Positions 38,302 to 50,392 are shown, counted from the first letter of the whole stretch. The stretch: DNA of 55,628 bases, filler included, from Catajapyx aquilonaris (GCA_000934665.2; 4 parts of 4 records of this genome joined end to end with filler, not necessarily neighbours in it), one strand, 5' to 3'. Program-made: numbers and translations. Notes: generated by a model not told the origin, from the letters alone.

Positions 38302-40894
38302 CATTCTGTACGACAAGAACTTCCCTGGTGTCGTCGTTGTAAGTGAGCACGTCGATGGTGCAATCACACACCAGTTCCAATTGCAAAAGGTCTCCCATGT
38401 GGAACTCCCAACACAGCTGGCCTATGAGGAGGATGTTGTGCCCATTGCTAGCAAGAAGTTAGTGGACATACAGCGCCTCCGTCAGTACATCCCTCAGGAG
38501 TATTTGGACTTCTATGATGACATACTTGCTTGGAAGACTGTTCCAGACGACGATGATGAATAAAAACCATGCCAGACGTATAATAAAATGAGAATGACTA
38601 AGGTGATGAGTTCATGGAGTCAGGAACAGAGGAAAAAGGGGGCAAGTCAGTGCAGATATGTTTTTTTTGTGCCGTTATTATTGGACTATATTCAGAAAAT
38701 ATTGCGCAGGATAACTACCTAACAAGACTTACATCCCTGTATTAAATCTCACACCTGTAATCACATTACATCAGGAATAAACAGTTTTTTGTGATTTCCC
38801 AAAACTTTGGTTCTTGTGACTTACCCCATTTTTCATATTTCGCATTTATAATACTCAAACATGCATATACAACATAAGTAATTTAATGAAAGGCAGAAAA
38901 ATTTGCAGCAGATTAGCATAGACGGGAATGTTCGCAGCTCAGATAAAGGAGCGCGCGTAGTTTGTATTATATGAGCCTATCTCAATATTCTCATCTCTCC
39001 AAACACTTTTAAGCCTCACGCACAACACCTAATGACAGAAAATTCGCTCCTGAACATCACACAGCCGCGTGACATACCCACGGTAATAATGATCCGACAA
39101 CATTGGACCAGAACGCGCTCAGTGCTGCCCAGGAAAACATTAATCTAATTGGGGCCAATTATGCGCAAGTTTACAACTTTACAACATAGAAAATACCTTC
39201 CTCCGCCGACACTGTCACACTCACAGACACTACCATTAGATCTGGTTGTTCCAACAGAAATAGCAGTAACAGCCCTTATGCAATCCTGAAGCCAGTATAA
39301 ACAGAAGTCAAAATGTGACAGATGCTAATTAACGGGCAGATTTTGGGACACACAAATCATGGCCATGTCTGATGGACCCATGACCAAACGGTGCAGACAA
39401 ACAGCAACGACCCTGCGACCACTTCCCAGCCCCAGCTTCCTCTCCGTCCTGATCGACTCTGGAATCTGGATGCAGCATGGGGAGGACCATCACCACGAGC
39501 GACGAGGACATACCGAACCATGCAGTACAGAACAGAAAAGAGAGACGCGAAGGAAAGAGGGAGGCCAAAATGGAAGGAAGTGAAAGAAGGTGGGTGGGTG
39601 GGTGGGTAACAGCGACAGACGCTTCGGGTGTGGCCAAATCAGCAAGTAGTATTGACAAGAGAGGGTAAGCAGCGCGGGTAAGCAGGTTGTAGTGTGGTAA
39701 GTAACAAGCACTTGAGATGTAATAATCACTGAGATGTATTAATCACTACTTGATACACTTGGATATTGGCGGAGGGATGTGAGGGTGAGTGTGTCTGATC
39801 AGGAGGAGGTCTATTGTCTCACTCTGGATTGGTTTCTCCCTGGTGATGCACAATCTTTCCCGCCAGGCGGCTCTGTACTACAACAGGCCATTGGGTGGCT
39901 GCAAGCGTCGGTTGAGCTCCCGTCCACCGCTAGGAGCCACCTTCCCTCTCTCTCTCTCCTTACCTCCTCGTTTCGTTCTATCACGTTCTATCGGGGTCTC
40001 TCTCTTCTTCTTCTTCTTATTGTTCTGTTTGCCCCCTGTTCCGTCGCCTTAAAAAGTAGGCTGGGTTGGGCCAGTTGATCAGGACACACTGGGGCAGCAC
40101 TGGGGGTCTGCCCAGGGTCGATTGCAGGGGGCAAAGGGACGAGTCATGTCACCAGGCCTGGTCTGCACCAAGAAAATTGTTCCAAAGACGAGTCCACTTC
40201 TAGTTCGTCCTTGCTTATTCCGTGGTGGTCTTGTACTCTTCGCACCCTTCTGATGATCACAGCGTTGTCTCCATTCAACTGAAGGGTCTGCAGGTGCTCA
40301 CCCCTCTCAACTCGTGGTGTGGTCTGGAATAGGACCTGGAGTATACGGGGTTGCATTAAATGCTTGCCCATTTGTTGGGAGTTGTTTTGGGAGCTGATAT
40401 GTACATTGCAACAGTGTCGTCAGGTGCTTCAGGGGGATGCTGTTACTTGAGCCAGGAAGGGACAATATGCTGATTCACAAATGGGGTATATGTATATGCA
40501 ATCCACTATTACATCAGTCTTGGTAACATCTAGCACTTCTAGTGCTGAGGTTGCTATGATCGAATCAGTAATGGAAATATTTGAGCACGGCAGTTTCTTC
40601 TGAACACTTTATAACTGGAGAACATAATTGGAGCAGTTGAATTCTCACAGCTTATCAATGTGTAGTTGTCAGCACCATCATGCCATATTTCTTGATGGGG
40701 GAGTCAATTGTGAAGCAGGAGATGCAAGCATAATGGGCAGAAATGTGTCCTACTAGATAGTCACATCATGTTTTATATGCTGCTGTAGAGGTATGATACG
40801 AGCAGCAACTCGCTTGTTTACATCTAATATGCAAAATATTTATCCAGGATTCCCCTGACTTTGTGCTTCATTAGTTTTCAACTAATCTTCATAA

Positions 40895-41451
40895 GTGTAT
40901 GGTATGGAATCAAAAGGCAAGCCTGTCATAATTATGTAAGGGCTTCATATTCACAGATTTGGCCATACTCAGAAGATATCTTGCCCATGAACTCAAGTGT
41001 GTTTTTGCATGACAAGAAGGATGATTTCTTAAACAGCATGGCAAGTTAAATCTTTGTTGCAGTGCGAACTGTATAAAATATTGTATACATGTCATGACAA
41101 GTTATAATCGTGGTCAGTAATGGAGCATGTGACTAATTATGAATACTCTGGCAACACAGTACACGTGGCATCAAGGTCAGTTCAATCAAACACCCCTTTA
41201 CATCTAAGGTATTATAAGATCAAAAACTTTCCCCTTGTCCCCCTTGTCCCACCTCCTTGTGAATGCACGTGTGAATCTGACTCACCCTGTGGAAAGGATT
41301 CGTCCTGTTTAAATCATGTCACATCTGTTGAATGTGATCCTGATACATGTCCAGCCAAGGACAAGTGCAGGAACCAGAGATTCCAGGAGAGCCTGTATAA
41401 AATTCTGGATACCTTCCAGACACAGGACAGAGGCTGGGGCCTGAAAACTCA
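40895..41451 (+). pseudogene. NSD/Mes-4-like H3K36 methyltransferase fragment (PWWP tail, AWS, start of SET), disrupted
   Basis: CECTCESDSPCGKDSSCLN...VECDPDTCPAKDKCRNQRFQ...RGWGLKT is AWS plus SET start. Upstream VWYG..HNY......IWPYSE resembles the NSD PWWP2 tail. Frame broken at 41452 without a splice donor. Confidence 0.7.
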
Positions 41452-41715
41452 TCTATAATATTAAAATGCTTGCGGGCGGCCGCCGAGCCCTCTGATTGGT
41501 CCGCCCCCGTATTGTTGCCGCTACCTCCCCATAGGCCCCCGTTTCAATCATGCGTAATGGAGTGTACACAACTCCTCTGTTGAGTTGCCTGGGAAACTGT
41601 CCATTCGTTCCCTGTCGGCCGAAGGGGTCACATCGCCCCTCTCTCCACTGCCACCTCCAGCCCATCGATTCCTCTCCCGCCATCCACGCCTCCATCCCCC
41701 CTGCCCATAAACTCC
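41452..41715 (+). mobile_element. Helitron-like 5' end, cut by scaffold end
   Basis: Begins A|TCTATAATATTAAAATG, a typical Helitron 5' terminus, exactly where SET homology stops. 3' CTRR end not visible. Confidence 0.55.
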
Positions 41716-41815
41716 NNNNNNNNNNNNNNNNNNNNNNNNNNNNNNNNNNNNNNNNNNNNTTAATTAATTAANNNNNNNNNNNNNNNNNNNNNNNNNNNNN
41801 NNNNNNNNNNNNNNN
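41716..41815. other. Artificial scaffold-joining spacer
   Basis: 44 N + TTAATTAATTAA + 44 N. Confidence 0.97.
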
Positions 41816-41991
41816 AACTAAATGGTACGCTCGCTAACGCAGCCAGCCTGACGCGTCTGAGCGCACCCGTTCCTTGTCTATGAACCCCCTCTAGATGGCG
41901 TTTCCGGACACGGGTTCCTATGTCAAATATGTTTGTCTTGGTCCCCTCTATCACCCCTACAAGTTTGTCGGCTGAATTCATTTACACCCTG
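41816..41991. mobile_element. Right arm of CAGGGTG-ended MITE family M1
   Basis: Matches 47260-47437 and 44040-44210; ends CACCCTG|TA. Confidence 0.8.
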
Positions 41992-42007
41992 TATATGTAT
42001 ATGTATA

Positions 42008-42547
42008 CAGGGTGATCCAACTCTGTGGCACCAACAGTTATTGGAAAAATCAACAAGCTGCTTGTTTATAAGCAGGTCGTTGCTAAGAGATCAATAAGAG
42101 TTACTTTTTGGAGAATCGGGAATAGCACCTGCTGATATTAGGTCCAATGCCCATGTAACAATATTAATGAGGGAAAAAAGGGTCATCCGTGGGAAACAGG
42201 CTGTTCTGGTGTTCGCTGGAGGGTTTCACATGAGGTCACTAGCTGCCAAACCAAAGGTCTAATCCGTCGGAACTGGACAGACCCGGGTGTGTCAATAAAT
42301 AGGCCTTCTGGTCTGTTCATTGTTGGCCGCAGTTGGCGCAACTGAGACAGGTCAACAGGCAGCGTTGTTTAGTTACCAGCAAATAAAATATTATTGTTAC
42401 ATGGCCATTGGACCTAATATCAGCAGGTGCTATTCCCGATTCTCCAGAAAGAGCCAGAAAGCATCTCTTAGCAACGACATGCTTATAAACAAGCAGCTTG
42501 CGCGATTTTTTCAATAACTACCGGTGCCATAGAGTTGGATCACCCTG
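42008..42547. mobile_element. Deletion derivative (MITE) of the DD41D element at 44425-46356
   Basis: Same TIR CAGGGTGATCCAACTCT.., TA flanks, shares ~370 bp of the 5' region, no transposase. Confidence 0.88.
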
Positions 42548-42899
42548 TATATATATATTATCCTTGTGAGGTTTTTCCAAAATTTAAAATTTAAAACTAA
42601 CCTAACCTACAAGCTACAAGGAAACACAAGAAATTTCGGTGAAATATATTTTTACTGTCTTTATGAGGTATTGTTTCGATTTTACCCTATCCTTGTGAGG
42701 CGTGTGTTCACTATCAGGTACTAGGAAAACTACCTCGTAATGACAAAAACCCTCACAAGGATAGGAAAAACGCGTCAAAAATTCATCACAAGGATAGCAA
42801 TGCGCGTCCACACACACACAGGGTGATCAAACTTTTTTGTCGTTTTAGTTATTGACAAATTCGGCCTAAGCTGCTTATATTGTAGCCCGTTCCCTGGCA

Positions 42900-43175
42900 A
42901 CCCCGTTGGGCGGGGCAATTCAAACCAGGGTCCCCTACATGGTTGCCTCCCCCACCCTAACCAGGGTATTGTCTTCACTTAGTCCTTATGGGGCAGCCAT
43001 ATTGGAGCTAGATTACATGCTGCAGGATAGGAAATTGGGAAGTGATTCTTTTTTGTTTTTTTCAACTGTTTTTTTTCATATGGTTTTTTCCTATCTGATT
43101 TAGCTCCAATATGGCGGAGAGACAATACCCTGTCTAGGTGGGGGAGGCACTCATGGACGTGACCCTGATTCAAAC
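42900..43175. repeat. Imperfect foldback repeat, probable MITE
   Basis: CAGGGTATTGTCT / AGACAATACCCTG and GCCATATTGGAGCTA / TAGCTCCAATATGGC inverted pairs. Confidence 0.45.
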
Positions 43176-43392
43176 ATCAGCACATGGAGAGTGCTTCCAT
43201 TGTTGCCATTGTTTACAAATCGAGTGAGCGACGCGGACGACCCAGCGAAGGTTTCTGACTCTGCTTACACATCAGTAGCAAGGGATATGCAGAGAAAATA
43301 ATGATGTTACTGAGAACAAGTCATTTGGGGGAAATGTTCCTTGCTGGACTCAAAGAAAGGTTTTCGTCCACAACACACCTGCACACGAAATA

Positions 43393-44210
43393 CAGGGTGT
43401 TTATTGTAACTCTGCAAAGACTTTCAGGGGTAATAGAGGGGACCAAGACAAGGATTTTTGACATAGGAACCCGTGTCCGGAAACGCCATCTAGAGGGGGT
43501 TCATAAAGTCCTTTTACTGAAAGAATGAACACACGTCACAGTTGCCCGCCCCAACCCCACTGCAACTCCTTCCTCCCCCCCTGATCTTCCGTAGATAGTG
43601 CCAACCTTGCGGGTTAGGAAATCCGTTGGGAACGCGTCACTACTGTTTACGGTTTGCGGTGGCATGCCTGCGTGACGTCACACGGGGTGCACCAAGTCCA
43701 TGCATAAAAAATCGTGACGTCAACTGTGACGTGTGTTCATTCTTTCAGTAAAAGGACTTTAGACAAGGAACGGGTGCGCTCAGACGCGTCACGCAAGAGG
43801 CGCTAGGCGAGCGGACTGTTTTGTTGATAAATGGCGCACAGTTGTTGCCAGGTTATGGCGTATCGCGTCGTTGTAAGCAAACAGCAACGCGATACGCCAT
43901 AACCTGGCAACAACAGAACCGCTGTTGGCTATCCGCGAGTCTCCTAGGAGGCGGACTTTAGTTGCTAGATGGCTCTGCTGTTGCCACGTTATGGCACATC
44001 GCATTGTTGGTTACTATCCAAGCGCCACCTATCAACAAAACAGTCCGCTCGCCTAGCGCCTCTTGCGTGACGCGTCTGAGCGCACCCGTTCCTTGTCTAT
44101 GAACCCCCTCTAGATGGCGTTTCCGGACACGGGTTCCTATGTCAAAAACACTTGTCTTGGTCCCCTCTATTACCCCTGAAAGTCTTTGCAGAGTTACAAT
44201 AAACACCCTG
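43393..44210. mobile_element. Palindromic MITE family M1 (Tc1/mariner-type ends) with a nested MITE
   Basis: TA|CAGGGTGTTTATTGTAACTCTGCAAAG...CACCCTG|TA, long inverted arms and internal hairpins. Confidence 0.88.
43506..43759. mobile_element. 254-bp MITE with perfect 39-bp TIRs and TA TSD, nested in M1
   Basis: TIR AAGTCCTTTTACTGAAAGAATGAACACACGTCACAGTTG. The uninterrupted site GGTTCATAGACAAGG is seen in the copy at ~55484-55498. Confidence 0.85.
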
Positions 44211-44424
44211 TATATTCCAGCGCTGAGGAGGGAGTGTCAATTAAGATCAGGGGTGTGCTAATTGAAAGTATGTCAAATGACGTATTCTTTCGGTGTTTGT
44301 GTCTTTTCCGTGTCATTCGACCACCGCTAAGACGAATGGAGGCCATGCCCTGTGTGACAGAACCGGGCCTGTCTCGTAATTTGTCCCCATAAGAAGTCAT
44401 AATTCAAAATGGCCTCCCCATATA

Positions 44425-46356
44425 CAGGGTGATCCAACTCTATGGCACCAGTAGTTATTGGAAAAATCAGCAAGCTGCTTGTTTGTAAGCAGGTCGTTGC
44501 TAAGAGATGCTTTCTGGCTCTTTCTGGAGAATCGGGAATAGCACCTGCTGATATTAGGTCTAATGCCCATGTAACAATATTAATGAGGGAAAAAAGGGTC
44601 ATCCGTGGGAAACAGGCCTGTTCTGGTGTTCGCTGGAGGGTTTCACATGAGGTCACTAGCTGCCAAACCAGAGGGCTAATCCGTCGGAACTGGACAGACC
44701 CGGGTGTGTCAATAAAATAATAGGCCATCTGGTCTGTTCATTGTTGGCCGCAGTTGGCGGAACTGAGACAGGTCAACAGGCAGCGTTGTTAAGTTACCAG
44801 TAAATAAACAGTTCTTGTATAGAGTCAGAAAGTGCCTAACAGTACAGTCTGCATTGGGTTCCATTCGGAGAGCAGCAGCCATGGCACCAGCTTTCACCAA
44901 CTCAGAAATGTACCAGATGGTGTTGCTCTTTGGTGTTTGCGGAGAGAATGCTGCAGAGACTGCCAGGGAATACGCCCGGATGTATCCGGGTCGCCGCCTA
45001 CCCAGTAAGTTTGTAATCAGGTGTCTGATGCGTCGCCTCCGGGAACACGGGGTGCTTGCTCCGATGCAACGTGGAGCAGTCCATACCCGTCCAGCGAGAG
45101 ACGAGCCACACGTCATCCCTATTAGAGGGTATGTGGCTGCCAAACCTGGTGCTGGGATCCGGGAGATCGCGTGGCAGTGCGACTCCACCTTTGGGACAGT
45201 CCAGTGTGTTCTGCGTGGTGCTCGGTACCATCCATACAAGATCCACCTGGTACACGGGCTGAAACGAGGGGACCACCAGCTACGCGTTGCCTTTTGTAGC
45301 TGGCTACTATCCAGGAGGGCCCCCCCTGTGCACCTAATTTTGTGGTCCGACGAGGCGCAGTTTTCTCGCGTTGGGGTGGTGAACCGCCACAACCTGCACT
45401 ACTGGGCAAAGGAAAACCCACTCTGGGTACGGCCAACCCACTTCCAGGACAACTGGAGGGTCAACGTTTGGTGCGGGATCATCGGGGACCACATGGTCGG
45501 GCCGTACTTCTTCCAGGGGACGCTGACTGGGCGGAGGTACCGGCGGTTCCTGCGCCACACACTCCCAGAACTCCTGGAGGATGTGCCGTTGGCGACTCGG
45601 CGGGCAATGTGGTTCCAACAAGACAGTGCGCCACCACACTATCACCGCAGCGTCCGGGCCTGGCTGGATTGTCGCTTCCCTGGGTAATGGATAGGCCGTG
45701 CAGGTCCACACCCCTGGCCAGCGAGGTCACCTGACCTGACCTGCTGGATTTTTTCCTGTGGGGTCATGTAAAATAGGTGGTCTACGAGACGGAGCCACCC
45801 ACCCTAGCAGGACAGGATCAGGAATGCTTGCGCTGCTGTGACCCCATCGACCCTCCGTTGTGTCCGCAACTCGACCCTGGGCCGTGCCAGGACTTGCCAG
45901 GGACTGGGTGGGGGCAACTTTGAGCACCTCATCTGAATCCCTCCAGCAAACACCAAAATCGGCCCTTTTCAGGTCCAACACATGAATCAGTTTAGAGATG
46001 CGGAAATAAGAGAGATTATGACAGGTACGATGGGCACCTTTCCATTTCAGGGTCACAACAGTTCGGTTTGGTTTATTTGGAAGAAGCCAAAGCAACTATG
46101 GCTATCTGGATATAGAAGACGCAAAGGTGGGATAAATGGAGGGAGAAACGGCGCAGAAGACGACCTGTTTCCCGCGGATGACCCTTTTTTCCCTCATTAA
46201 TATTGTTACATGGGCATTGGACCTAATATCAGCAGGTGCTATTCCCGATTCTCCAGAAAGAGCCAGAAAGAATCTCTTAGCAACGACCTGCTTATAAACA
46301 AGCAGCTTGCGCGATTTTTCCAATAACTACTGGTGCCATAGAGTTGGATCACCCTG
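44425..46356 (+). mobile_element. DD41D (rosa/Visitor) Tc1/mariner transposon with ~190-bp TIRs; transposase pseudogene 44881-45936
   Basis: DUF4817-like N-terminus, WSDEA, VNRHN, VWCGI, QQDSAPPH, WPARSPDL, DFFLWG, GNFEHL. 41 residues separate the last two Asp after frameshift repair. Stop at 45685, frameshift ~45742, TA flanks. Confidence 0.9.
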
Positions 46357-46556
46357 TATACGAGTACGTGTCATTCGTGTCACATTCGCGACAGGAAGAG
46401 GAACGGGACTACTATCGGATTTAAAAAAATACTGGCCCCTGTGTTTGACTCTAAATAACGCCCAGCTAGGAAAAGGGTCCAAAAATAACTATTTATTTAT
46501 TTACTTTTTATTTATTTATTTAATTGAATTTACCCCGTCATGGCCCTTTAGGTATG

Positions 46557-46888
46557 CAGGGTGTAAATTAATTCAGGGAACAAACTTGTAGGGGTAATAG
46601 AGGGGACCAACCGGAGCAGTTTGGAGTAGGGGATATGGTGTCTGACAGCTAATAAATCGGGAGGTCCTGGGATCAAATCCCGGGGCCGGCAACTCTGATT
46701 GTGGTTTTCTATGGTTTCCCACAGCCCTTCCAGGAAAATCCCGGAGTTGTTTCCGTAATTAATAGGCCACAGCCGCTTCCTTCCATCCCGATCCTATCCC
46801 AAAAAAGCGCAGTAAAATGAAAGCAAAGAGTTCCAGGCAAAACAAAACTTCCACCCTAAAGAGCCGATAGGCTGATAATGGGGTATGA

Positions 46889-46952
<64 letters not shown>

Positions 46953-47437
46953 AGAGGGGACCAAGACAAACATATTTGACATAGGAAACCGTGTCCGGAA
47001 ACGCCATCTAGAGGGTGTTCATAAAAAAGGAATGGGTGCGCTCAGACGTGTCAGGCGGGTGGCGCTAGCGAGCGGACCGTTTAGTTGTTATAGGTGGCGC
47101 GCGGATTGTACACAACTTAGCAATTCGCCATAACTTGGCAACAGAGTTGTTGTTTATTATCTGTGCGCTACCTAGCATGCTGACTTTAGTTGTTAGGTGG
47201 CTCTGTTGTTGCCAGGTTATGGCAAATTGCAAAGTTGTGTACAATCCGCACGCCACCTAGCAACTAAACGGTCTGCTCGCTAAACCCGCCCGCCTGACGC
47301 GTCTGAGCGCACCCATTCCTTGTCTATGAACCCCCTCTGGATGGCGTTTCCGGACACGGGTTCCTAGGACAAATATGTTTGTCTTGGTCCCCTCTATTAC
47401 CCCTACAAGTTTGTCCCCCGAATTTATTTACACCCTG
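46557..47437. mobile_element. MITE family M1 copy interrupted by a SINE
   Basis: CAGGGTGTAAAT...ATTTACACCCTG|TA; arms homologous to 43393-44210. Confidence 0.82.
46611..46948 (+). mobile_element. tRNA-derived SINE family 2 with (ATT)n tail
   Basis: 16-bp TSD TAATAGAGGGGACCAA (46595-46610 and 46949-46964), B box GGATCAAATCCC, body GGTTTTCTATGGTTTCCC...TAGGCCACAGCCGCTTCCTTCC as in insect SINEs. Confidence 0.85.
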
Positions 47438-47540
47438 TATAGCCTGGTGACCCCAGGTAGCTTGCCCCCTTGGGTAACAGGTTGTTTACTGCTATCCTTT
47501 TACATATGTTGCCATGGTGATTGCCCGCAGGCAAGCTTAC

Positions 47541-48336
47541 CCGGGGTCACCAGACCACTCGGTGTGAAACATTTGTTGCTTCCATATAGGAATGGACAAA
47601 AACACAAGTTTCACATCATTTAGAAAGTGACTGACAAAGTGTAATACTAACCTCTTCATGCCCTGCTTCATTAAATTTTTAGCCTTCCTCTTATGGCTGC
47701 GTTCTTCTCCGCCTGAGTCCTTCCATGAGAGGGACTCTCCTCTATTGGAACTCTCTTTACTATTTATGCTCGAGGGTCCAATTTTGGCTGCATGGACCTC
47801 GTTGAACTTCTTCTCACCATCCTTACTGCGAGGATCTTCTTCATCTGGCTCTCTCTTTCCAGTCCCTTTTTGCTCTGCCACTTTTGGTAACATTTAATGT
47901 AGAAATTAATGCATTGTTCAAACAAGAAATCTGAAGCTAGCACCATGCCACTTCATGTGCAACCCACCCTAACAGTTTTCCATGTTACATGTTAAGCGTC
48001 ACTTCCTTGTAGCCAACACGAGCAATAGTGCATGGCCTACTTGCACCAGTGTTGTAAAAGTTGCAAAAAGGAGGAAATTCTTTTAAATTAGCCTGACAGC
48101 AAAGGCCATGCTTTTGTAATCAATAAGTTAAGCCTGTCATACAAGCCTGGCAGGTATATCTGAACCATCATAGTGCAAAGAAAATAACTGAAAATAACTT
48201 ACCACTATCTGCTACTTGAACTTCATCTCCATCGCCTTTCAGAGCAATGACCTCCATTTCCTGGGTGTGTTCAGTCATGTTCTCACCTTCGTTGCTCTGA
48301 ATATTTTCTTTCAAGGGCTGTTTCCCCCCAGAGCTG
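47541..48336 (-). CDS. Possible internal exons of an unidentified low-complexity protein
   Basis: 48336-48203 (GTAAGT donor, phase 1), 47880-47652 (GTTAGT donor, phase 2) and 47578-47541 (GTAAGC donor) chain in frame. Two acceptors are weak AAG and no domain is recognisable. Confidence 0.3.
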
Positions 48337-48636
48337 CTGAAAGCAATGTAAGATGATGTTGAATACAACAGTTGTAATTTTTAACTATTGTTGTTGCTTA
48401 GATTCGATTAATCCCCACAAACCTCTATAGTAAATATTTTGTTTCCATGTAATTGTACATCACCCCATCAACAGAAAAGTTAATAAACAACCAGTTAAAT
48501 GTAAATAGTTACGTAAATTGATATAAAGAAGGGCTTGAATCTCATGGAAAGTGGTAATGTGGAAACCTGTCTGCAGAACAAGTTGGCCATAAGCGTTAAG
48601 CATTGATTCGCCAATGTACAGTGTTACAATGACATC

Positions 48637-48880
48637 TGGGGAGCAACACAGTGGCGGAGTGGTTAGCGCCACAGCCTTCCACCTCTATGGTCCCGAGTTC
48701 GATCCCCGGGTCGGACGGAGGATACTGATGTGGATAGTTTCGATGGGCTCTCTCTGTGTTTGCTCCCACAATCAAAATCCATCGCAGCTCAGGCAATGAT
48801 TAAAGATGGTTCACGAAAAGATGATCCCGTAAGAGGTCCAAGGAGGCCTATCACGGGGTTTCCATTATTATAATTATTAT
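48637..48880 (+). mobile_element. tRNA-derived SINE family 1, internally deleted copy
   Basis: A box TGGCGGAGTGG, B box GAGTTCGATCC, homologous to 6788-7102, short ATT tail. Confidence 0.8.
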
Positions 48881-48923
48881 AAATAACATATGGGTCATTC
48901 CATGCCAGATCGTCTGATTTTAA

Positions 48924-49781
48924 CCCTAATAAGATGGGTGGTTTTTCGCGTTTTTGCAAGGATCTGCAAAAAATTCGCTGGCTTTGTCACTTGGGGGACG
49001 AGACTTGAATACACTAGTGAATAAGATCGTCTAGTGTCCAGGCTTGATCCTGAGGCCAACTATGTGGCCCTCCTCTCATACCATACACAGTGGAAATTCT
49101 CAAATTCACAACAAGGTGGCGCAGGGGGTATGTTTCGTGCCTACTCCTATCTTTTGTCACTCTGCCTGCTTGACAAAAAGTATTTCGGTATGAAGCCTTG
49201 GCACCGCTGAACAAAGCAGTACATAAGAACACAGCATGAATTACGTCACAGGCCTGCTAGGCGTGCAGCAGTGATAAACACACAACCCCTCATGAATGTA
49301 AACATCCCTGGAGCCACAGGCGTTCAAAAACCGCATGGGGCATGTGCCCTCCAGCCAGATGGAGGCCGGCGGTGAAGTGCGCAGAAGCCCGCCAGCCGCT
49401 AATTGGCATTTACAAACATTATTTATTTATTTTATAACTATTGATCATCTTTTGCACTTATTTTAGGGTAGAATCTCTTGAGGAGGTTTGGGCGCAACTA
49501 TGTATGCCAAAAACTTGCCGGTCAAAGTCGGGATTGTTTTGTTTTTTCTTTTGTTTTTTTTCCAGCGGCCGCAAAAAGATGATTTCATTCAAGTTAATCT
49601 GGTTAATCCAGTTTATTTATGCACGATTTTGTAGTCCAAAACGCGATTTTTTACGCGAGAGAGGAAATTTTAAAAACCACACAGAAACCACGTTACATAG
49701 TGGGAAAACGCTATAGTTTCGCCAGCAGAATTTTTTAAAGCCAGCGTCTCAGCATATGAGACGCGGCCCATCTTATTAGGG
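48924..49781. mobile_element. Non-autonomous piggyBac-type element
   Basis: TTAA|CCCTAATAAGATGGG ... CCCATCTTATTAGGG|TTAA: perfect 15-bp TIRs with TTAA TSD. Confidence 0.8.
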
Positions 49782-49951
49782 TTAATGTTCATGCATGCTA
49801 TCATTAATTTTTGGGGCAACATTGGGTGTTGTATAAGGAGCCATTTTTGGTGACTCTCAAGTATTAGCATGCGCTGATGTGAATATGAAGTCAAAATTAT
49901 AATATCGGCATCCATTTTCTTGTAACAAGCGTATACCTTGTTTTCTAGAAT

Positions 49952-49962
49952 AATAATAATAC

Positions 49963-50029
<67 letters not shown>

Positions 50030-50358
50030 TTGTGGGTAATGCTTTCACCTCTTCCGGGGTATATAGCATGGACTTTACTGTATTTTTGAGTTGTTGAGTA
50101 CATGGTGCCTATTTAATGAAAGCCCGAGCCCACGGGCAGGATGACAGGAGGGGATGTCCAAAGTGCAGTGCAATGTCGTAGCTAGTGTCATGTTGTGAAC
50201 TCCCCCAGGTGGATTAGTCTAAGGAAATTCCACCCGAGACGAAGCCAGAGATGGCCCAACTCTGCACGACATGAAGGGGGGAACCCCGGGCTCAGATCGA
50301 ACCCGGGACCTTAACATCCGTGGGTGCATATGTTACCGCAGCTCCACTCCGTCGCCTC
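49952..50358 (-). mobile_element. tRNA-derived SINE family 3 with (TTA)n tail
   Basis: Minus-strand head with GGTTCGATC B box; 12-bp TSD GTTTTCTAGAAT at 49940-49951 and 50359-50370. Confidence 0.8.
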
Positions 50359-50392
50359 GTTTTCTAGAATTTTTGCACATTGCTCATTGTCA

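Larger units (their letters stand above)
33551..38841 (+). mobile_element. Sola1 DNA transposon with disabled transposase and two nested insertions
   Basis: TIRs GAAATATGAAAAA(G/T)GGGGTAAGTCA (24/25 match). Transposase motifs VCHKAFISVHGI, DQRGRH, HIESYP..EAHY, VDVCGTC, IDYMQNLPLP, FYLRQLW, YHEG..RKGPNEVCSFL, SDGCGGQNRN, RGHSFLSCDREF, KKLVD. Stop at 34573 and frameshift near 34640. Confidence 0.88.

Noticed and set aside
38900..40450. Short ORFs in purine- and pyrimidine-rich sequence
   Set aside because: No consistent frame, splice chain or recognisable domain.
1..41715. One large cilia/sperm cluster spanning dynein, kintoun and PPP1R36
   Set aside because: PPP1R36 is on a different scaffold, separated by artificial spacers.
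48637..48720. tRNA genes here and at 46611, 50280-50358, 50393 and 54443
   Set aside because: They lack complete cloverleaves, continue into repeat bodies with tails, and several have TSDs; they are SINE heads.
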